Assembly (NCBI GenBank): GCA_964486045.1
Contig: CAZALK010000002.1
Location: 192,001-256,000 of the forward strand
Origin: an uncultured archaeon
Lineage (GTDB): Archaea; Asgardarchaeota; Lokiarchaeia; Sigyniarchaeales; SOKP01
Direction: 5' to 3'
Length of the DNA: 64,000 bases
Shown here in pieces: positions 29,553-41,517 of the stretch (the first letter of the stretch is position 1; every line of letters begins with the position of its first letter). The notes under the pieces are model-generated. The model was not told where the DNA came from and did no database searches. It worked only from the letters and a program-made list of their open reading frames with translations. A program made the position numbers and the translations under genes.

Positions 29553-30335
29553 TCACTTATTCTTTTTTTTATGAAATTCAATAATGTCTGATTTAAACTC
29601 ATCAAATGATTCCGTAGGAGGTCCATCTGGTCTGTAAGGTTTATCATCAAAATATAATAGATCCCCAATCTTAGGAGTTGAGGATATATCAATGATTGAG
29701 CAACACGCAATTTCTTCCATCTCTTTCGCTACTTTTTGAGCATTTAATGCACTATCAATTTCATCGCCACACCATCCGCACAAGTAAGCAGTTAGCTTAA
29801 CCTTGCCCTCTTCTGGTTTTGGAATTGGGATACGCCGAATTTTTGGGGCATCTGCTGAATCGTCCCAATTTTTCCACACAAGCACATCGTATCCATTTTT
29901 ATCAGTACGTATATATCCCATGTGCTCATAAAAAGAAACAGGATTCCAATGCGGAAAATCTTTACCCCAAACTGCAACGCCCTTATAACCGGATTCTCGG
30001 GCATCTCTTTCCACATATTCTAAAAATAAACGACCATATCCCTTGCTTTGCTGGTTACCGACGAGATGTTCATAACCATGAATCCACATACATAAGATTG
30101 CCATTAATGCTTTTCCCTCAAATGGAGAATGTTCAATTGGTAGATATTGGCATAAACCTACAACAGTTTCGTTGTCATCAATTATAACTTTAGCCCGTAG
30201 CCCTTTGGTTTTCATTTTTGCATACCATTCCTTCCGGATTCTGGTAATCTCGGGATTTTGTGGTTTTTCATCGTGCAAGCACCGAAAGAACGTATCTTCA
30301 GTATTTTCATCGATTTCAAGAATTTTCATTTTCAA
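29553..30335 (-). CDS. GNAT acetyltransferase with CxxC-containing C-terminal domain
   Basis: CMWI, QSKGYGRLFL, SFYEHMGY; C-terminal CGWC. Confidence 0.8.
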   Translation of the reverse strand: MKMKILEIDENTEDTFFRCLHDEKPQNPEITRIRKEWYAKMKTKGLRAKVIIDDNETVVGLCQYLPIEHSPFEGKALMAILCMWIHGYEHLVGNQQSKGYGRLFLEYVERDARESGYKGVAVWGKDFPHWNPVSFYEHMGYIRTDKNGYDVLVWKNWDDSADAPKIRRIPIPKPEEGKVKLTAYLCGWCGDEIDSALNAQKVAKEMEEIACCSIIDISSTPKIGDLLYFDDKPYRPDGPPTESFDEFKSDIIEFHKKKNK

Positions 30336-30498
30336 TTCCTCCTGTATGATCTTAAATCGATTTCTTAAAAAAATTTCTCTTTAACAAAATCAAGTTATAT
30401 AATCATTGATTTACTTATTATTTGTGATTGAAAGAGAAATTATTATTCAGTAATATTCCAGAAAGGAAAATAAGCTTATTCAATAATAAGCATGATAA

Positions 30499-31260
30499 TT
30501 AATCGCTGCTATAATTATCTCTGATGTCTTTTATGGCAGTTCCAGGCATAACACCTTTCGGACAAACTCTATTACAGACAAAAAACTTCTCACATGCTGG
30601 GACTCCATTATCTCGTAAGACTCTGGATAAAATTAATTCCCCTTTTTTACTTGTTAGCCTAGAATCTCTTATGAATCTATCAGCTTTAGCTAGCTGTGCT
30701 GGTCCAAGGTAATTGACCTTGTTCTTACTAACTGGACAAGCCCAACATAACCCACATAAAATACAATATACTAGTCTTTCAATAATTTTCATCTGTTTTG
30801 GAGATTGTGAAGATTCTGGAGCTTTATCATTCCAATCTCTTGTGAAAAATGGTTCGACTTCCTTATAAAAATTCCAGAAAGGCGCCATGTCAACAACCAA
30901 ATCTTTTAAAACTGTCATATTAGGTAACGGTTCAATTAAAATTTCATTTTCAGGATCCCATTCTGATTGATCACCAAATTTAAATTCTGGTAAATTAGTA
31001 GGCTTTTTACTCGATTTTACTGTTGAAATTTGTGTCCTGCAAGCTAATAAAGGGATTTTATCAATAATCATTCCACACGAACCACATATGGCTCCTCGAC
31101 AAGCATAACGAAATGCAAAAGTTGAATCATAATAATCTTGTATATAGAAAAGTGCATCTAATATACTTGCTCCTTCTAAAACTGGAACTTCAAATCGTTC
31201 ATAATGATTATTTCCGTCTCCAGAATTCCTATAAACCAGAAATTTATTTTTTTTTTCCAT
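30499..31260 (-). CDS. sdhB: Succinate dehydrogenase/fumarate reductase Fe-S subunit
   Basis: CRGAICGSC, LAC, IEPL, DLVVD, CILCGLCxxCP, CxxxxxCxxxCP. Confidence 0.92.
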   Translation of the reverse strand: MEKKNKFLVYRNSGDGNNHYERFEVPVLEGASILDALFYIQDYYDSTFAFRYACRGAICGSCGMIIDKIPLLACRTQISTVKSSKKPTNLPEFKFGDQSEWDPENEILIEPLPNMTVLKDLVVDMAPFWNFYKEVEPFFTRDWNDKAPESSQSPKQMKIIERLVYCILCGLCWACPVSKNKVNYLGPAQLAKADRFIRDSRLTSKKGELILSRVLRDNGVPACEKFFVCNRVCPKGVMPGTAIKDIRDNYSSD

Positions 31261-32972
31261 TAGTATTTCCTCTCTTTCACTTCAAATATTCCTAATTTAA
31301 CTGATTTGGTTTTAATCTCTAAACCACCTATTCCTCGATAAACCATTGAATGCTTAAGAAAATCATCATCATTGCGAGTAGGATAATCTGTTCGGAAATG
31401 AGCACCTCTACTCTCATTTCTCCATAAAGATGTCAGCGCGGTTGCTTCTGCAATATCTAACATACTTCGAAGCTCTAAAGTGCGTATTAATCCATAATTA
31501 AATCTTCGATCTTCAGTAGACACTTGTGTTTTTAAGAAGTCTTTTTGTAATCTCGGAAGTAAATTACATGCTTTTTCAAGATCCTCTTTATTTCTATAGA
31601 CACCTACATTCAAATTCAGGGTTTCTCCCATCTCATCTCTAATTTTTACCGGTTTTTTCCCTGAATTCTCGTTCCAATTCTTAAATAAGTTCTCGATTTT
31701 GTCTAAAGTGGCAGCCTCAACTGCTTTAATATCACTTAAAGATGATTTCTTAGGTAATCCTTTATTAAGCAATTTTCTTCCCAAATATCTGCCAAATACA
31801 GCAGTCTCTAATAAAGAATTGCCTCCTAATCTATTAGCACCATGAACTGATAAACAAGAGCATTCACCAATTGTATAAAGTCCGGATACGTCTGTTTCTC
31901 CATAATCTCCATTAAACCTTGTAGCAATTCCCCCCATTGAATAATGTTGTCCTGCTTGAACTGGAATTGGGACTTCTATTGGGTCAACACCTGCAAAATA
32001 TATACTTATATCTCTAATGCCTGGTAATCTTTCTTTAATCCGGTTAGCACCTAGATGAGTGAGATCTAAATGGACATAAGCATTCTTAAATCCTCTTCCC
32101 TCAAGAACTTCTGTCTCTATTGATCTGGCCACGATATCACGTGGAGCTAGCTCCATAGCTTTTGGGGCAGTTTTTTCCATAAAACGTTCACCTTTAGAAT
32201 TAAATAAATACCCCCCTTCACCTCGAGCACCCTCAGTAATGAGTATATTGGTACCGAATAGCGTAGTTGGGTGAAATTGAACAAATTCTACATCCTGCAT
32301 TGGGACACCAATTCTAAAAGCTGCCCCCACTCCATCACCAGTATTAATAACAGCATTAGTTGAGCGTTTAAAAATACGACCAAAACCCCCTGTAGCTAAA
32401 ATAATATATGGTGCGCGAAATGAAACAAGTTCACCTTTTTTAATATCAAGGGTAATCAATCCTGCAATCCTACCATCTGTTTTATAAAGATCTACTAAAA
32501 AATATTCATCAAAGAAAGTCACACCATTTCGAACAGATTGTTCATTGAGAGTATGAAGTAACGCATGACCCGTTCTATCACCAGCATAACAAGTACGAGG
32601 AAATCCAGCACCACCGAAAGGACGTTGTGCTATTAAACCAGATTCTAATCTTGAAAAAGGAGCACCCATACTCTCAAATTCGACAACAATCTTAGGTGCT
32701 TCTTCACACATGAACAATACAACATCCTGATCTGCAAGATAATCAGAGCCTTTTACTGTGTCAAATGCATGTTCTTTGGGAGTGTCGTCTTTCCCTTCTT
32801 CTAGATTACCTAGGGCGGCATTGATCCCTCCTTGCGCAGCTCCGGAATGGCTGCGAACAGGAAAAACTTTACTAATAACCGCAATATTCCATTTAGTTGA
32901 TAATTCTAATGCTGCCCTTAAGCCGCTAAGTCCCGCTCCAACAACTAAAACGTCAAATTCTTCGGTTTTCAT
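31260..32972 (-). CDS. sdhA: Succinate dehydrogenase/fumarate reductase flavoprotein
   Basis: [52 protein letters not shown]. Confidence 0.95.
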   Translation of the reverse strand: MKTEEFDVLVVGAGLSGLRAALELSTKWNIAVISKVFPVRSHSGAAQGGINAALGNLEEGKDDTPKEHAFDTVKGSDYLADQDVVLFMCEEAPKIVVEFESMGAPFSRLESGLIAQRPFGGAGFPRTCYAGDRTGHALLHTLNEQSVRNGVTFFDEYFLVDLYKTDGRIAGLITLDIKKGELVSFRAPYIILATGGFGRIFKRSTNAVINTGDGVGAAFRIGVPMQDVEFVQFHPTTLFGTNILITEGARGEGGYLFNSKGERFMEKTAPKAMELAPRDIVARSIETEVLEGRGFKNAYVHLDLTHLGANRIKERLPGIRDISIYFAGVDPIEVPIPVQAGQHYSMGGIATRFNGDYGETDVSGLYTIGECSCLSVHGANRLGGNSLLETAVFGRYLGRKLLNKGLPKKSSLSDIKAVEAATLDKIENLFKNWNENSGKKPVKIRDEMGETLNLNVGVYRNKEDLEKACNLLPRLQKDFLKTQVSTEDRRFNYGLIRTLELRSMLDIAEATALTSLWRNESRGAHFRTDYPTRNDDDFLKHSMVYRGIGGLEIKTKSVKLGIFEVKERKY

Positions 32973-33323
32973 TAAATATCATATTTTATTGTATTGAATA
33001 AAAACATTTTACTAATAAGATATAAATGTTCATATTACTCTTGCAGATATCGAACGAGCATATAAAGAAGTAGAGGAGTTTCAACGACTAATTGAAAGGG
33101 GCAGAACTCCAGAACAGATTTTCGAGAACTTGCTTAGAATGATTGAAGATAGATATTTAAATAAACATAATGATAAGAGACGATTTCCTTTAAAAGTCAG
33201 TAATGACTCGATTTCCCGTAAAAAAAAAGGAATTTTTTTATAAATCATAAATTTACTGTTATGTATATACATTAATAATTAAATTTCTTATATATGATTA
33301 AATAAGAAAAGGGGAAAATAATT

Positions 33324-33548
33324 ATGGTTCAAAGAAGCGATTCAAAACAGTATTGGTTTGATCAAGAAAATTTACTCAAACCTATAGACTGGGAATACAT
33401 AAAAACACTTTCTGATGCAGTTCAAGATGTTCTAGAGTTATATATGCGTGGAGAGATCTCGATTGGTAAAGCATCTGAAATTGCACGCTTAAGCTATCGA
33501 GAATTTGATGATATTCGTGCAAATGCTAGAATTCCGATACATGTTTAA
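33324..33548 (+). CDS. UPF0175-family antitoxin (HTH)
   Basis: LYMRGEISIGKASEIARLSYREF, directly upstream of a PIN gene. Confidence 0.8.
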   Translation: MVQRSDSKQYWFDQENLLKPIDWEYIKTLSDAVQDVLELYMRGEISIGKASEIARLSYREFDDIRANARIPIHV

Positions 33549-33559
33549 CTTATGTTGAA

Positions 33560-34096
33560 ATAATCGTAATTTCTGATACATCTCCTATTGTTTTTTTCGC
33601 AAAGCTCTCAAAATTAACCTTATTAAGAGATCTATATTCTACAATTTTCATTCCCTTTGCCGTCTGGGAAGAATTGATACTTCCACTTTCTAAACCAAAA
33701 GGAGAAGTTCCTTCGGATATTGAAAATGAAATGAAAGCAAAAGATGAAGGATGGTTAGTTGTAAAAGATCCGGAATCATATCTCTACCGTGAGATTGCTT
33801 TGAATCTCTCTAAAAACTTGGGACGTGGTGAGGCATACGCCATTGCATTGAGTTTAGAGTTAAAAGCAGATATTCTTCTTATTAATGATAGTGAAGCTAG
33901 AAAAGTAACAGAATCTAAAGGAATTAAAACTAAATGGAGTACTGAGGTTCTTTTAGATGCATTAGAAAGTAATATAATCAAAAATTATAAAGAATTTGAA
34001 GAATTGCTAAATAGAATGATTGAGATTGGTTTATGGATAGAGAAATCTTTATATGATGATATTTTAAATAAGGCAAAAGTTATTAAGAAAAAATAA
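33560..34096 (+). CDS. DUF3368-family PIN-domain toxin; probable ATA start
   Basis: In-frame upstream extension IIVISDTSPIVF...IFIPFAVWEE, then LGRGEAYAIAL, LLINDSEAR, GLWI. Confidence 0.82.
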   Translation: MIVISDTSPIVFFAKLSKLTLLRDLYSTIFIPFAVWEELILPLSKPKGEVPSDIENEMKAKDEGWLVVKDPESYLYREIALNLSKNLGRGEAYAIALSLELKADILLINDSEARKVTESKGIKTKWSTEVLLDALESNIIKNYKEFEELLNRMIEIGLWIEKSLYDDILNKAKVIKKK

Positions 34097-34119
34097 TCCA
34101 GAACATAAAAGAATACTAA

Positions 34120-34992
34120 TTATCGAAAAGCATTTAATAAATCATTAAATTTATCTTTATCTAAATCTCTCTGGTATAAAGGTCTCTTATCATTATCATA
34201 AATGCGAACATTTTCTTCATAGGATTTACGGTTAGGATTAATATAAAGTACACCCAACGCAAATCTTTTTGTATCCAAGGCTAACTTCATAGCAGATTCT
34301 TGATTATAAGGATTATGTGAATCATCTATGTAATAACTATTAGATTTGTACCACTGGAATGTATTTACTCTATTAAAAGTCACGCATGGGCAAAGTAAGT
34401 CTATTAATGCATAACCTTTATGACTTATTGCTTTTATCAAAATCTCTTTTGTTTTTTCTATATCTCCAACAAAAGACCTGGCCACAAATGACGCATTTAA
34501 AGCAATCGCAACTGCAACCGCATTAAAGGGCTCATTTATAACTCCAAATACTTGAACTTTTGTCTTAAATCCTAATTGACTGGTTGGAGATGCTTGACCT
34601 TTTGTTAAGCCAAAGATCATATTGTTATGCACAAGATTTACAATATCAGGATTATATCGAATGGTGTGTAAAAAATGATTACCCCCTTCACTAAGCGTGC
34701 ATCCATCGCCACTAACGGCAATAACATGGAGTTCCGGATTAGCTGCTTTTATCCCAAGTGCCACTGATAAATACCTTCCATGGAGTCCATTGAAACTTTG
34801 CGATTTCATAAAATGAGGAAATTTTCCTGCCTGACCGATCCCTGATACTAATACAAGATCTTTAGGTTTAATACCTAATTCTGTCAGAGTTTCTTTCATT
34901 ACTTTCATAGCACTAAAATTCCCACATCCGGGACACCAGTGAATTTCAGTATCTAAATCAAATTCAGTTTTTGAAATCTTAATCACCATCAA
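34120..34992 (-). CDS. korB: 2-oxoacid:ferredoxin oxidoreductase beta subunit
   Basis: WCPGCGN, SGIGQ, LHGR, GDG, [15 protein letters not shown], PCVTFN. Substrate not determinable. Confidence 0.9.
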   Translation of the reverse strand: MMVIKISKTEFDLDTEIHWCPGCGNFSAMKVMKETLTELGIKPKDLVLVSGIGQAGKFPHFMKSQSFNGLHGRYLSVALGIKAANPELHVIAVSGDGCTLSEGGNHFLHTIRYNPDIVNLVHNNMIFGLTKGQASPTSQLGFKTKVQVFGVINEPFNAVAVAIALNASFVARSFVGDIEKTKEILIKAISHKGYALIDLLCPCVTFNRVNTFQWYKSNSYYIDDSHNPYNQESAMKLALDTKRFALGVLYINPNRKSYEENVRIYDNDKRPLYQRDLDKDKFNDLLNAFR

Positions 34993-36691
34993 TTATTTTT
35001 TTTAATCTATCAACAATTTCTTCTACAGAAAACACGTATCCACTGTATTTTAAAATCCTATGATTCATATTAATATGTGTTTCATTCTCTAAAAGTTTTG
35101 CGAACTGTCCTGTAGGATTTTGTTCGATCGAAATTTTAATTTCTGCTTTGATAAGATAATCACGCACAATTTCATGAACAGGGTATATTTGCTTAAAAAA
35201 TAAAAAACTAATGTCATCTCTATTTAATCTTTCTAAAGCTTCCTTGATTAAATAATAATTACTCCCCCAACTGACTATCAAATATTTAAAATCTTCATTT
35301 CCATAAAATTCTGGTGGAATTGTCTCCTTTTTAATCAGTTCCAACTTTTTGAACCGCTTGCTGACAGTTTTATTTCTTAAAGCTGGATCTTCTGTAATTA
35401 TTCCATATTCATCGTGAGTATGACTGTCCGCATCAACTAACCCCTCACCATATCCAGGGATACCGCGAGGAGAAATACCAGTATTTGTAAAACGATATCT
35501 TTCATAGTTTTCATCAGTTTTTATAATATTTTTTAGAATTTCTAAGGAATCAAGATCTAATGAGTGAATATTATAGTATGAATCTACCAGATATTGATCA
35601 GTAAGAATAAATACAGGCACATGAAATTTTTGAGTAAGGTTAAACGCATTTTGAGTCAATTTAAATGCGTCTTCGATAGTCCCGGGGGAAAAAATTATTC
35701 TTGGAAACCAGCCTGCACCAGCATGTAAGACAAGTTCAATATCCTCTTGGCATGTTCTTGTTGGCATTCCTGTCGCAGGACCTGGTCGTTGACCTACAAC
35801 AATTACTATTGGTAATTCAGTCATGCCCGCAAGACTCACTCCCTCTGTCATAAGGGAAAAACCTCCACCAGATGTAGATACAAATGATCGAGCACCTGCA
35901 TAAGATGCACCTAGGGTTTTATTTATAGCGCTTATCTCATCCTCAGTTTGATCTACAATCATCCCAAATTCAAGAGCATGTTGAGCCAAAAATGTACCAA
36001 TGCCCGTAGAAGGTGCCATAGGATAAAAACAAGCAAAATTACACCCTCCAGCAATGGCTCCTAATGCAATGGCTTGAGTCCCATCTAGTATATAATCATC
36101 TATTAACTCAGGATTTTTCTTTATTTCAAATTTTTGATTAATTTGGTTGGAATTTATTAAGTCTTTAATTACATCATAACCCTTATCTGCGGCTTTAATG
36201 TTATTATTTATAATTTCTTGTCCTTTTGTTTTGAAATTTTCTTTTAGCAACTCATAAAGAATAGTTCTTTCAGCTTTCAACATACATAGAATTACACCTA
36301 ATGCTATGATATTGGCGTAAATCTTTCCGCCAACTGTATTTGAGAGCTCAGTAAAAGGGATTTCTACAGTGTTAGTTTCAATATCAGGGATAGTCTCAAT
36401 AAAATGTTTTTCACCAATGATTAAGGTCTTGGAAGATATCCTTTCTTTCAAATAAGGTAAAGCCTCCTCGTTTAGCGGAACTAGTAAATCAATTTGATCA
36501 AGATAAGCACGAACTGGTTTAGAAGATACTCGGATAGCTGTAGAATTAACACCTCCTCTAACTCTTGACATGTACTCTCTTGTTGCGAATACATGATAAC
36601 CGGTTTTTTTTAATGTTTTTGTTAATAATGCTTCAACAGTTTGGATCCCTTGACCTGCAGCACCACAGAGAACTATTGAAATACCATTCAT
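34979..36691 (-). CDS. korA: 2-oxoacid:ferredoxin oxidoreductase alpha subunit (fused gamma)
   Basis: [45 protein letters not shown]. Confidence 0.9.
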   Translation of the reverse strand: MNGISIVLCGAAGQGIQTVEALLTKTLKKTGYHVFATREYMSRVRGGVNSTAIRVSSKPVRAYLDQIDLLVPLNEEALPYLKERISSKTLIIGEKHFIETIPDIETNTVEIPFTELSNTVGGKIYANIIALGVILCMLKAERTILYELLKENFKTKGQEIINNNIKAADKGYDVIKDLINSNQINQKFEIKKNPELIDDYILDGTQAIALGAIAGGCNFACFYPMAPSTGIGTFLAQHALEFGMIVDQTEDEISAINKTLGASYAGARSFVSTSGGGFSLMTEGVSLAGMTELPIVIVVGQRPGPATGMPTRTCQEDIELVLHAGAGWFPRIIFSPGTIEDAFKLTQNAFNLTQKFHVPVFILTDQYLVDSYYNIHSLDLDSLEILKNIIKTDENYERYRFTNTGISPRGIPGYGEGLVDADSHTHDEYGIITEDPALRNKTVSKRFKKLELIKKETIPPEFYGNEDFKYLIVSWGSNYYLIKEALERLNRDDISFLFFKQIYPVHEIVRDYLIKAEIKISIEQNPTGQFAKLLENETHINMNHRILKYSGYVFSVEEIVDRLKKIIDGD

Positions 36692-36916
36692 ATCTTTTTT
36701 TCACCCATATTTCACACTGTAAGAATTAATATTTCTGATTAAAGTAAGTGAACTAAGTTTAAATTTAAGATTATATTATTCTCGGGAATATAAGATTAAA
36801 AAGGCTTTTTTTATAGTTTATAAATATTTTCTAATGGAAATATCAACCCATTTTTTATTAATTACTATTAATTTACCTAAAAAACGTATAAACTAATCAT
36901 TCTAAATTTAACAATC

Positions 36917-37738
36917 ATGTCAGTTATAGGTATAAATAAAGAAAAATGCTCAAATTGTAAACAATGTATCCAAGAATGTGGTCGTGTTTATTTTTATGTT
37001 GATAATAATGGAGAGGTAGTTTTCAATGAACGATTAAATGCATGTAATATATGTGGTCATTGTATAGCAATCTGTCCTGAAGATGCTATATTAACAAAAG
37101 ATCTAGATGATGTGGAGACTTACCCCGGAATTGATACACCTGAAACTATTGTAGAGAGTGAAAAATTGCTTAGACTTCTTCGTGCTAAACGATCAATTAG
37201 ACGTTATAAAAATAAAAAGGTTCCAAAAGAATTACTAGAAAAAGTTTTTGAAGCTATGAGATATGCTCCAAGTGCTTCTAATGCTCGAAAGTGGCGCTAT
37301 GTAATTTTATCTGATCCTGAAAGAATTAAAGCATTAAACAATGAAGTTGTTAAAGCAAATTATGCTTATATGGGATTTCAATCAGGAGAGCAAGCAATCA
37401 AATATTTTGAATCTACTGGAAGGGGTATTTTCTATAACGCACCACATTTGATTGTGCTTTATTATAGGATTGTTGAAAAAAGTTCTGTTATGGTTGGATT
37501 ACGAGCAAATGATGCAGGAATTGCTTTAACTTATGGAATGTTAGAAGCTGAAAGTCTTGGGCTTGGAACTTGCTGGATTGGATTGGTCCAAGGAGCTGTT
37601 CCTATGAACAAGGAAATTTTAAATGTTTTGGGTATAAAAGGAATGGTGCTTGGAACTTTTACATTGGGTTACCCAGCTGTTAAATACCGTAGGACAGCCC
37701 CGAGACCACCTCTTAAAATAAAAGGACTGGAAAATTAA
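36917..37738 (+). CDS. Ferredoxin-fused nitroreductase family protein
   Basis: Two CxxCxxCxxxC motifs; RSIRRY, APSASN, LGLGTCWIG, LGYP. Confidence 0.9.
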   Translation: MSVIGINKEKCSNCKQCIQECGRVYFYVDNNGEVVFNERLNACNICGHCIAICPEDAILTKDLDDVETYPGIDTPETIVESEKLLRLLRAKRSIRRYKNKKVPKELLEKVFEAMRYAPSASNARKWRYVILSDPERIKALNNEVVKANYAYMGFQSGEQAIKYFESTGRGIFYNAPHLIVLYYRIVEKSSVMVGLRANDAGIALTYGMLEAESLGLGTCWIGLVQGAVPMNKEILNVLGIKGMVLGTFTLGYPAVKYRRTAPRPPLKIKGLEN

Positions 37739-37789
37739 GGATTATTCACAAGAAATATTTCTGTAAGTAGAATTTTCATTAAAGGAATA

Positions 37790-38227
37790 TTATAATATTT
37801 TATCTAAATTTTTAGTTATTTCTAATAATTCTTTGATAAAGTTTTTTACATCAATTAATTCTTCTTTTACATATGTAAGAACCTTGGAATTGTCTACTTT
37901 TGCATAGCTGTGAACAAGAATATTTCTAAACCTAGCCATGTCAGATAACTTTCTACTCAATTCAGATTCAATAATATTATTATTTTTAAGAATTTCAAAC
38001 ATTTCAGCGTAACTTTCCGCCCTTTCAAATCCTTTTACAGAAATAATATGTGAAGCAATATCAATACATGATTCAATTATTTCAAACAGGGAGTACTTTA
38101 CAGCTTGAACGTCCTTATAATTGCTCAAAAATTTTTCTATTTCTACGCTTTTATATTCATCTAAAAATTTTAAATTCTTTTCAATAATATCAATTTTATC
38201 TTGGATTAAATCCTTATCTATTTGCAT
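37790..38227 (-). CDS. HEPN (DUF86/HepT-like) ribonuclease toxin
   Basis: RNILVHSY (Rx4HxY), IESCIDIA, SYAEMF. Confidence 0.9.
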   Translation of the reverse strand: MQIDKDLIQDKIDIIEKNLKFLDEYKSVEIEKFLSNYKDVQAVKYSLFEIIESCIDIASHIISVKGFERAESYAEMFEILKNNNIIESELSRKLSDMARFRNILVHSYAKVDNSKVLTYVKEELIDVKNFIKELLEITKNLDKIL

Positions 38228-38633
38228 ATCTATATCTTCTCATTGTTTCATATAATTCAGAATGAGGTTTAAAATCTAAATATTCTTTCATAATCCTTGA
38301 TTCAAACTGGACTCTTTTGAAATCATCTACCGAGTATACTAATTTTGAATTTTTAAGCACTGAATAAAGGAATCTTAATGGCTTTCCGTTTAAAATTCGA
38401 ACATCAATAGATTTATAGATACCGATTGAGTCTTTGAATATTTTTTCTAACTTTCCCGCTAATTTAACTTCATACATATAATTAGGCTTGGATCCTTCAA
38501 GAATTAAGAGCCCGATATCTATATCTTTGTAACTTTCACTGTATGAAGCAGATCCATAAAGGTAAGTGGCTATTATCTTCTTTTCTTTAGACAGAATTTC
38601 CTTAAATGCATTCTTTATTTTTTCTAATTTCAT
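38214..38633 (-). CDS. Minimal nucleotidyltransferase (MntA-like) antitoxin
   Basis: YLYGS...DIDIG, IDVRILN, YLDF. Overlaps the HEPN gene. Confidence 0.88.
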   Translation of the reverse strand: MKLEKIKNAFKEILSKEKKIIATYLYGSASYSESYKDIDIGLLILEGSKPNYMYEVKLAGKLEKIFKDSIGIYKSIDVRILNGKPLRFLYSVLKNSKLVYSVDDFKRVQFESRIMKEYLDFKPHSELYETMRRYRYANR

Positions 38634-38752
38634 TTATAATAATTCTAATACCTATCCCATTAAATATATTTTTTCCTAGCTGATTTTATTGTTCGATTTT
38701 TTTAGTTTTTTAGAATATCTAAGAAGGATATTATCTAGTTGAAATTTTAATC

Positions 38753-40171
38753 TTATAAACCCATTTCATGCAATTTTTGCATGATTTCTTGCTTTTTCTT
38801 TCCCTTCAAATCATACCACTTATAAAAAACTAAAGCTCCTACGATACAAAAGATAAAGGGTAAAATACCTTGAATCAGACGAAGACCAAATATTCCATTC
38901 TCACTTGGACTATCGGGGTTATAAAGTGTGACTATATGGATAATCGCAACAATAAAGCTCTGAATTGTAACTGAGATTTTAGTAAAAAAATTCCTAATTC
39001 CCAACAATGTTGCTTGGTGGTGCTTTTGGATTTTTAAGGCAATCTCATCATAAACATCAGCGAACAGAGGGGATAACATAATCAAAAACATTGCAATTGC
39101 AATTCCTCTTAAAAACGCTATTACAAATAACTGGAGAATATTCACAATAAAAAAATTGCCTAACATTACAAAACCAAAGAATAATAAACCCAATGAAAAT
39201 AAAGCTGAATGCTCAATTTTTTTAGCCACAATAAACCATATGGGAATTGTTAAGAGAGAAGATATAAGCATTATTAATGATTCAAAAGTTCTTACTACTT
39301 GAGGGACTCGAAGAACATCATCCACAAAATTGACCGAATTCATGCTGATTAATCCCATTGCTATCATAAAAAAAACATATGCAAGAATAACCAGCATAAA
39401 ATTTTTTTGTTTAATCGCTATTTTCATTGTTTTAAAGAAAGAAATTCTTTCTGCATGCTCGTAACCTACGATAAAACGCTCTTTTATCTCTTCTGATTCT
39501 TTTGAGCCAGGAATAAAAATTAATAGAGACCCACCTAAAATAAAAACACTTATAATTGCAGCAAACGTAAATGAAGGAGGATTCCCTGGGATAATAATTA
39601 AAGACCATACTCCTACAGTTAAAAAATTAGCTATAAATGTAAAAATTTGAGAAATTAAACCCGCTTTTCTACGATTAGACTCCCCTCTAAAGTGAGCACC
39701 AAATCCTCCAAAAGTGTGGGTGTTTATGAGTGAAAAAAAAGCGTCAAATAAACAGACAATGATAATATAATAGAGCAAGACAGGTATCACACTCCCTACT
39801 CCTGTAACATTGGGTGGGGTAAAAAGCAAGAAAAAAAGTATAATTGTTGGAATCCCACCTATTATAATCCATGGAGTGTGAAAGCCCCTTTTTTTTGTCC
39901 ATCTTGTAGGTCTATCGGTATAAAATCCAATAAGAAGTCCCACAACCATACTCCATATTGTGTATACCACGTTTGCCAGAGCCATATAAATAGGCCAAAA
40001 AGATACTATATTTGTAAAGCCGAGATTATCTTCGTAGAATGTCCATACAAAGCTATTGAAAGCCATCATAACAAAAATATTGAAGAAATATCCCATAGAA
40101 AATAAGAATATCTTAAGAGTAGGCACTTTTTTCACTTCATTTGAATTTAAACCTTTTCTTAAAGACACCAT
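38753..40171 (-). CDS. MFS transporter, GPH (glycoside-pentoside-hexuronide)-like
   Basis: About 12 hydrophobic segments; GFYTDR...PWI, ADVYDE. Confidence 0.85.
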   Translation of the reverse strand: MVSLRKGLNSNEVKKVPTLKIFLFSMGYFFNIFVMMAFNSFVWTFYEDNLGFTNIVSFWPIYMALANVVYTIWSMVVGLLIGFYTDRPTRWTKKRGFHTPWIIIGGIPTIILFFLLFTPPNVTGVGSVIPVLLYYIIIVCLFDAFFSLINTHTFGGFGAHFRGESNRRKAGLISQIFTFIANFLTVGVWSLIIIPGNPPSFTFAAIISVFILGGSLLIFIPGSKESEEIKERFIVGYEHAERISFFKTMKIAIKQKNFMLVILAYVFFMIAMGLISMNSVNFVDDVLRVPQVVRTFESLIMLISSLLTIPIWFIVAKKIEHSALFSLGLLFFGFVMLGNFFIVNILQLFVIAFLRGIAIAMFLIMLSPLFADVYDEIALKIQKHHQATLLGIRNFFTKISVTIQSFIVAIIHIVTLYNPDSPSENGIFGLRLIQGILPFIFCIVGALVFYKWYDLKGKKKQEIMQKLHEMGL

Positions 40172-40340
40172 TTTAAGCTCTTAATAAAATTAACTCGTAA
40201 TAATCTATTTCATTTAATTATTTATTAAATTAATTCAAAAAACAGTTATAATAAATGATAAAATTAAGGATTTTTAATAAGAAATATTTCTGTGAGAAGT
40301 ATTTCAAGAATAGGAATATCTCTTAATTCTAATACTTGGC

Positions 40341-41405
40341 TTGTGTTATGGAGCGTATGGTATTTCCACAGTATTGATTTATCCCCCTCAAATAAGCGCA
40401 AAAACTCAAGAAATTATCGAATGTGCTAAAATCGCAGGAAAATATGGGGGGATATATTGTAGTCACATGAAAAATGAAGCAGATTATGTACTAGAAGCTA
40501 TTGAAGAGCTGATTGAAATTGTAGAAAAATCGGGGTGTCGAAGTGGGCAAATATCGCATATTAAAGTTGCAGGACCATTAAATTGGGGGAAAAGTGTAAA
40601 AATGCTCCAATTAATTAAGGAAGCAAATGACCGAGGATTAATAATTCGTGCCGATCAATACCCATACAAAAGAGGGATGAATTCATTGAGAAATTCTTTA
40701 CCAGAGTGGGCAAAAATGGGAGGGAATGAAGAAATTATCAAAAGACTACAAGATATTAAATCTAGAGAAAAAATAAAAAAAGACATGGAAAAAGAATTTA
40801 GTAAATCTAAAAGGTCATGGGATAAAATATTTGTAGCTTCTCAAAGAACAGATAAATGGAGAGATATAGAGGGATTATCAATATCAGAAATTAGGAATAA
40901 AAAGCAAGGCTCTAGCGAATTTGATATATTTTGCGAAATTCTCATTGATAACAATGCCAATGTGGAACAAATTACTGAATATGGGCATGAAGATGATCTT
41001 ATTACTCTAATGAAAAGTCGCTTCACTATGGTTGGAACAGATGGTTGGTCAGTACCAATGGGATCCGGTAAACTTCATCTTAGATTTAATGGAACATACC
41101 CAGGAATCCTCGGAAAATATGTCCGTGAAGAAAAAATATTAACGTTAGAACAAGCTATTAGGAAAATGACTTCGTTTCCTGCTCAAACATTAGGATTATA
41201 TGATAGAGGGATAATTCGAGAAGGGATGTGGGCAGACCTTGTAATTTTTGATCCCGATACGATCATTGATAGAGCAACCTATACCGATCCTCATCAATAT
41301 CCAGATGGGATACATTATGTAATAATAAATGGTGAAATTGTTGTAAAAGACAAGCAACACACAACAGTTAAACCTGGGAAGATTCTAAGAAAGAATTCTC
41401 ACTAA
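40341..41405 (+). pseudogene. N-terminally truncated N-acyl-D-amino-acid deacylase (amidohydrolase)
   Basis: SHMKNE, ISHIK, DQYPY, GTDG, AIRKMTSFPA, ADLVIFD present. The N-terminal HxH region is absent and HPR reads HLR. Confidence 0.7.
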
Positions 41406-41517
41406 TTATTTTTAATGATGAGATTTTTAAACTACTTAGTATTCAAAATCATTAATCAAATTATGAACAAATATATAGACCCATTAAGCTAAATAGTAAT
41501 GAGGGATAACTATTCGA

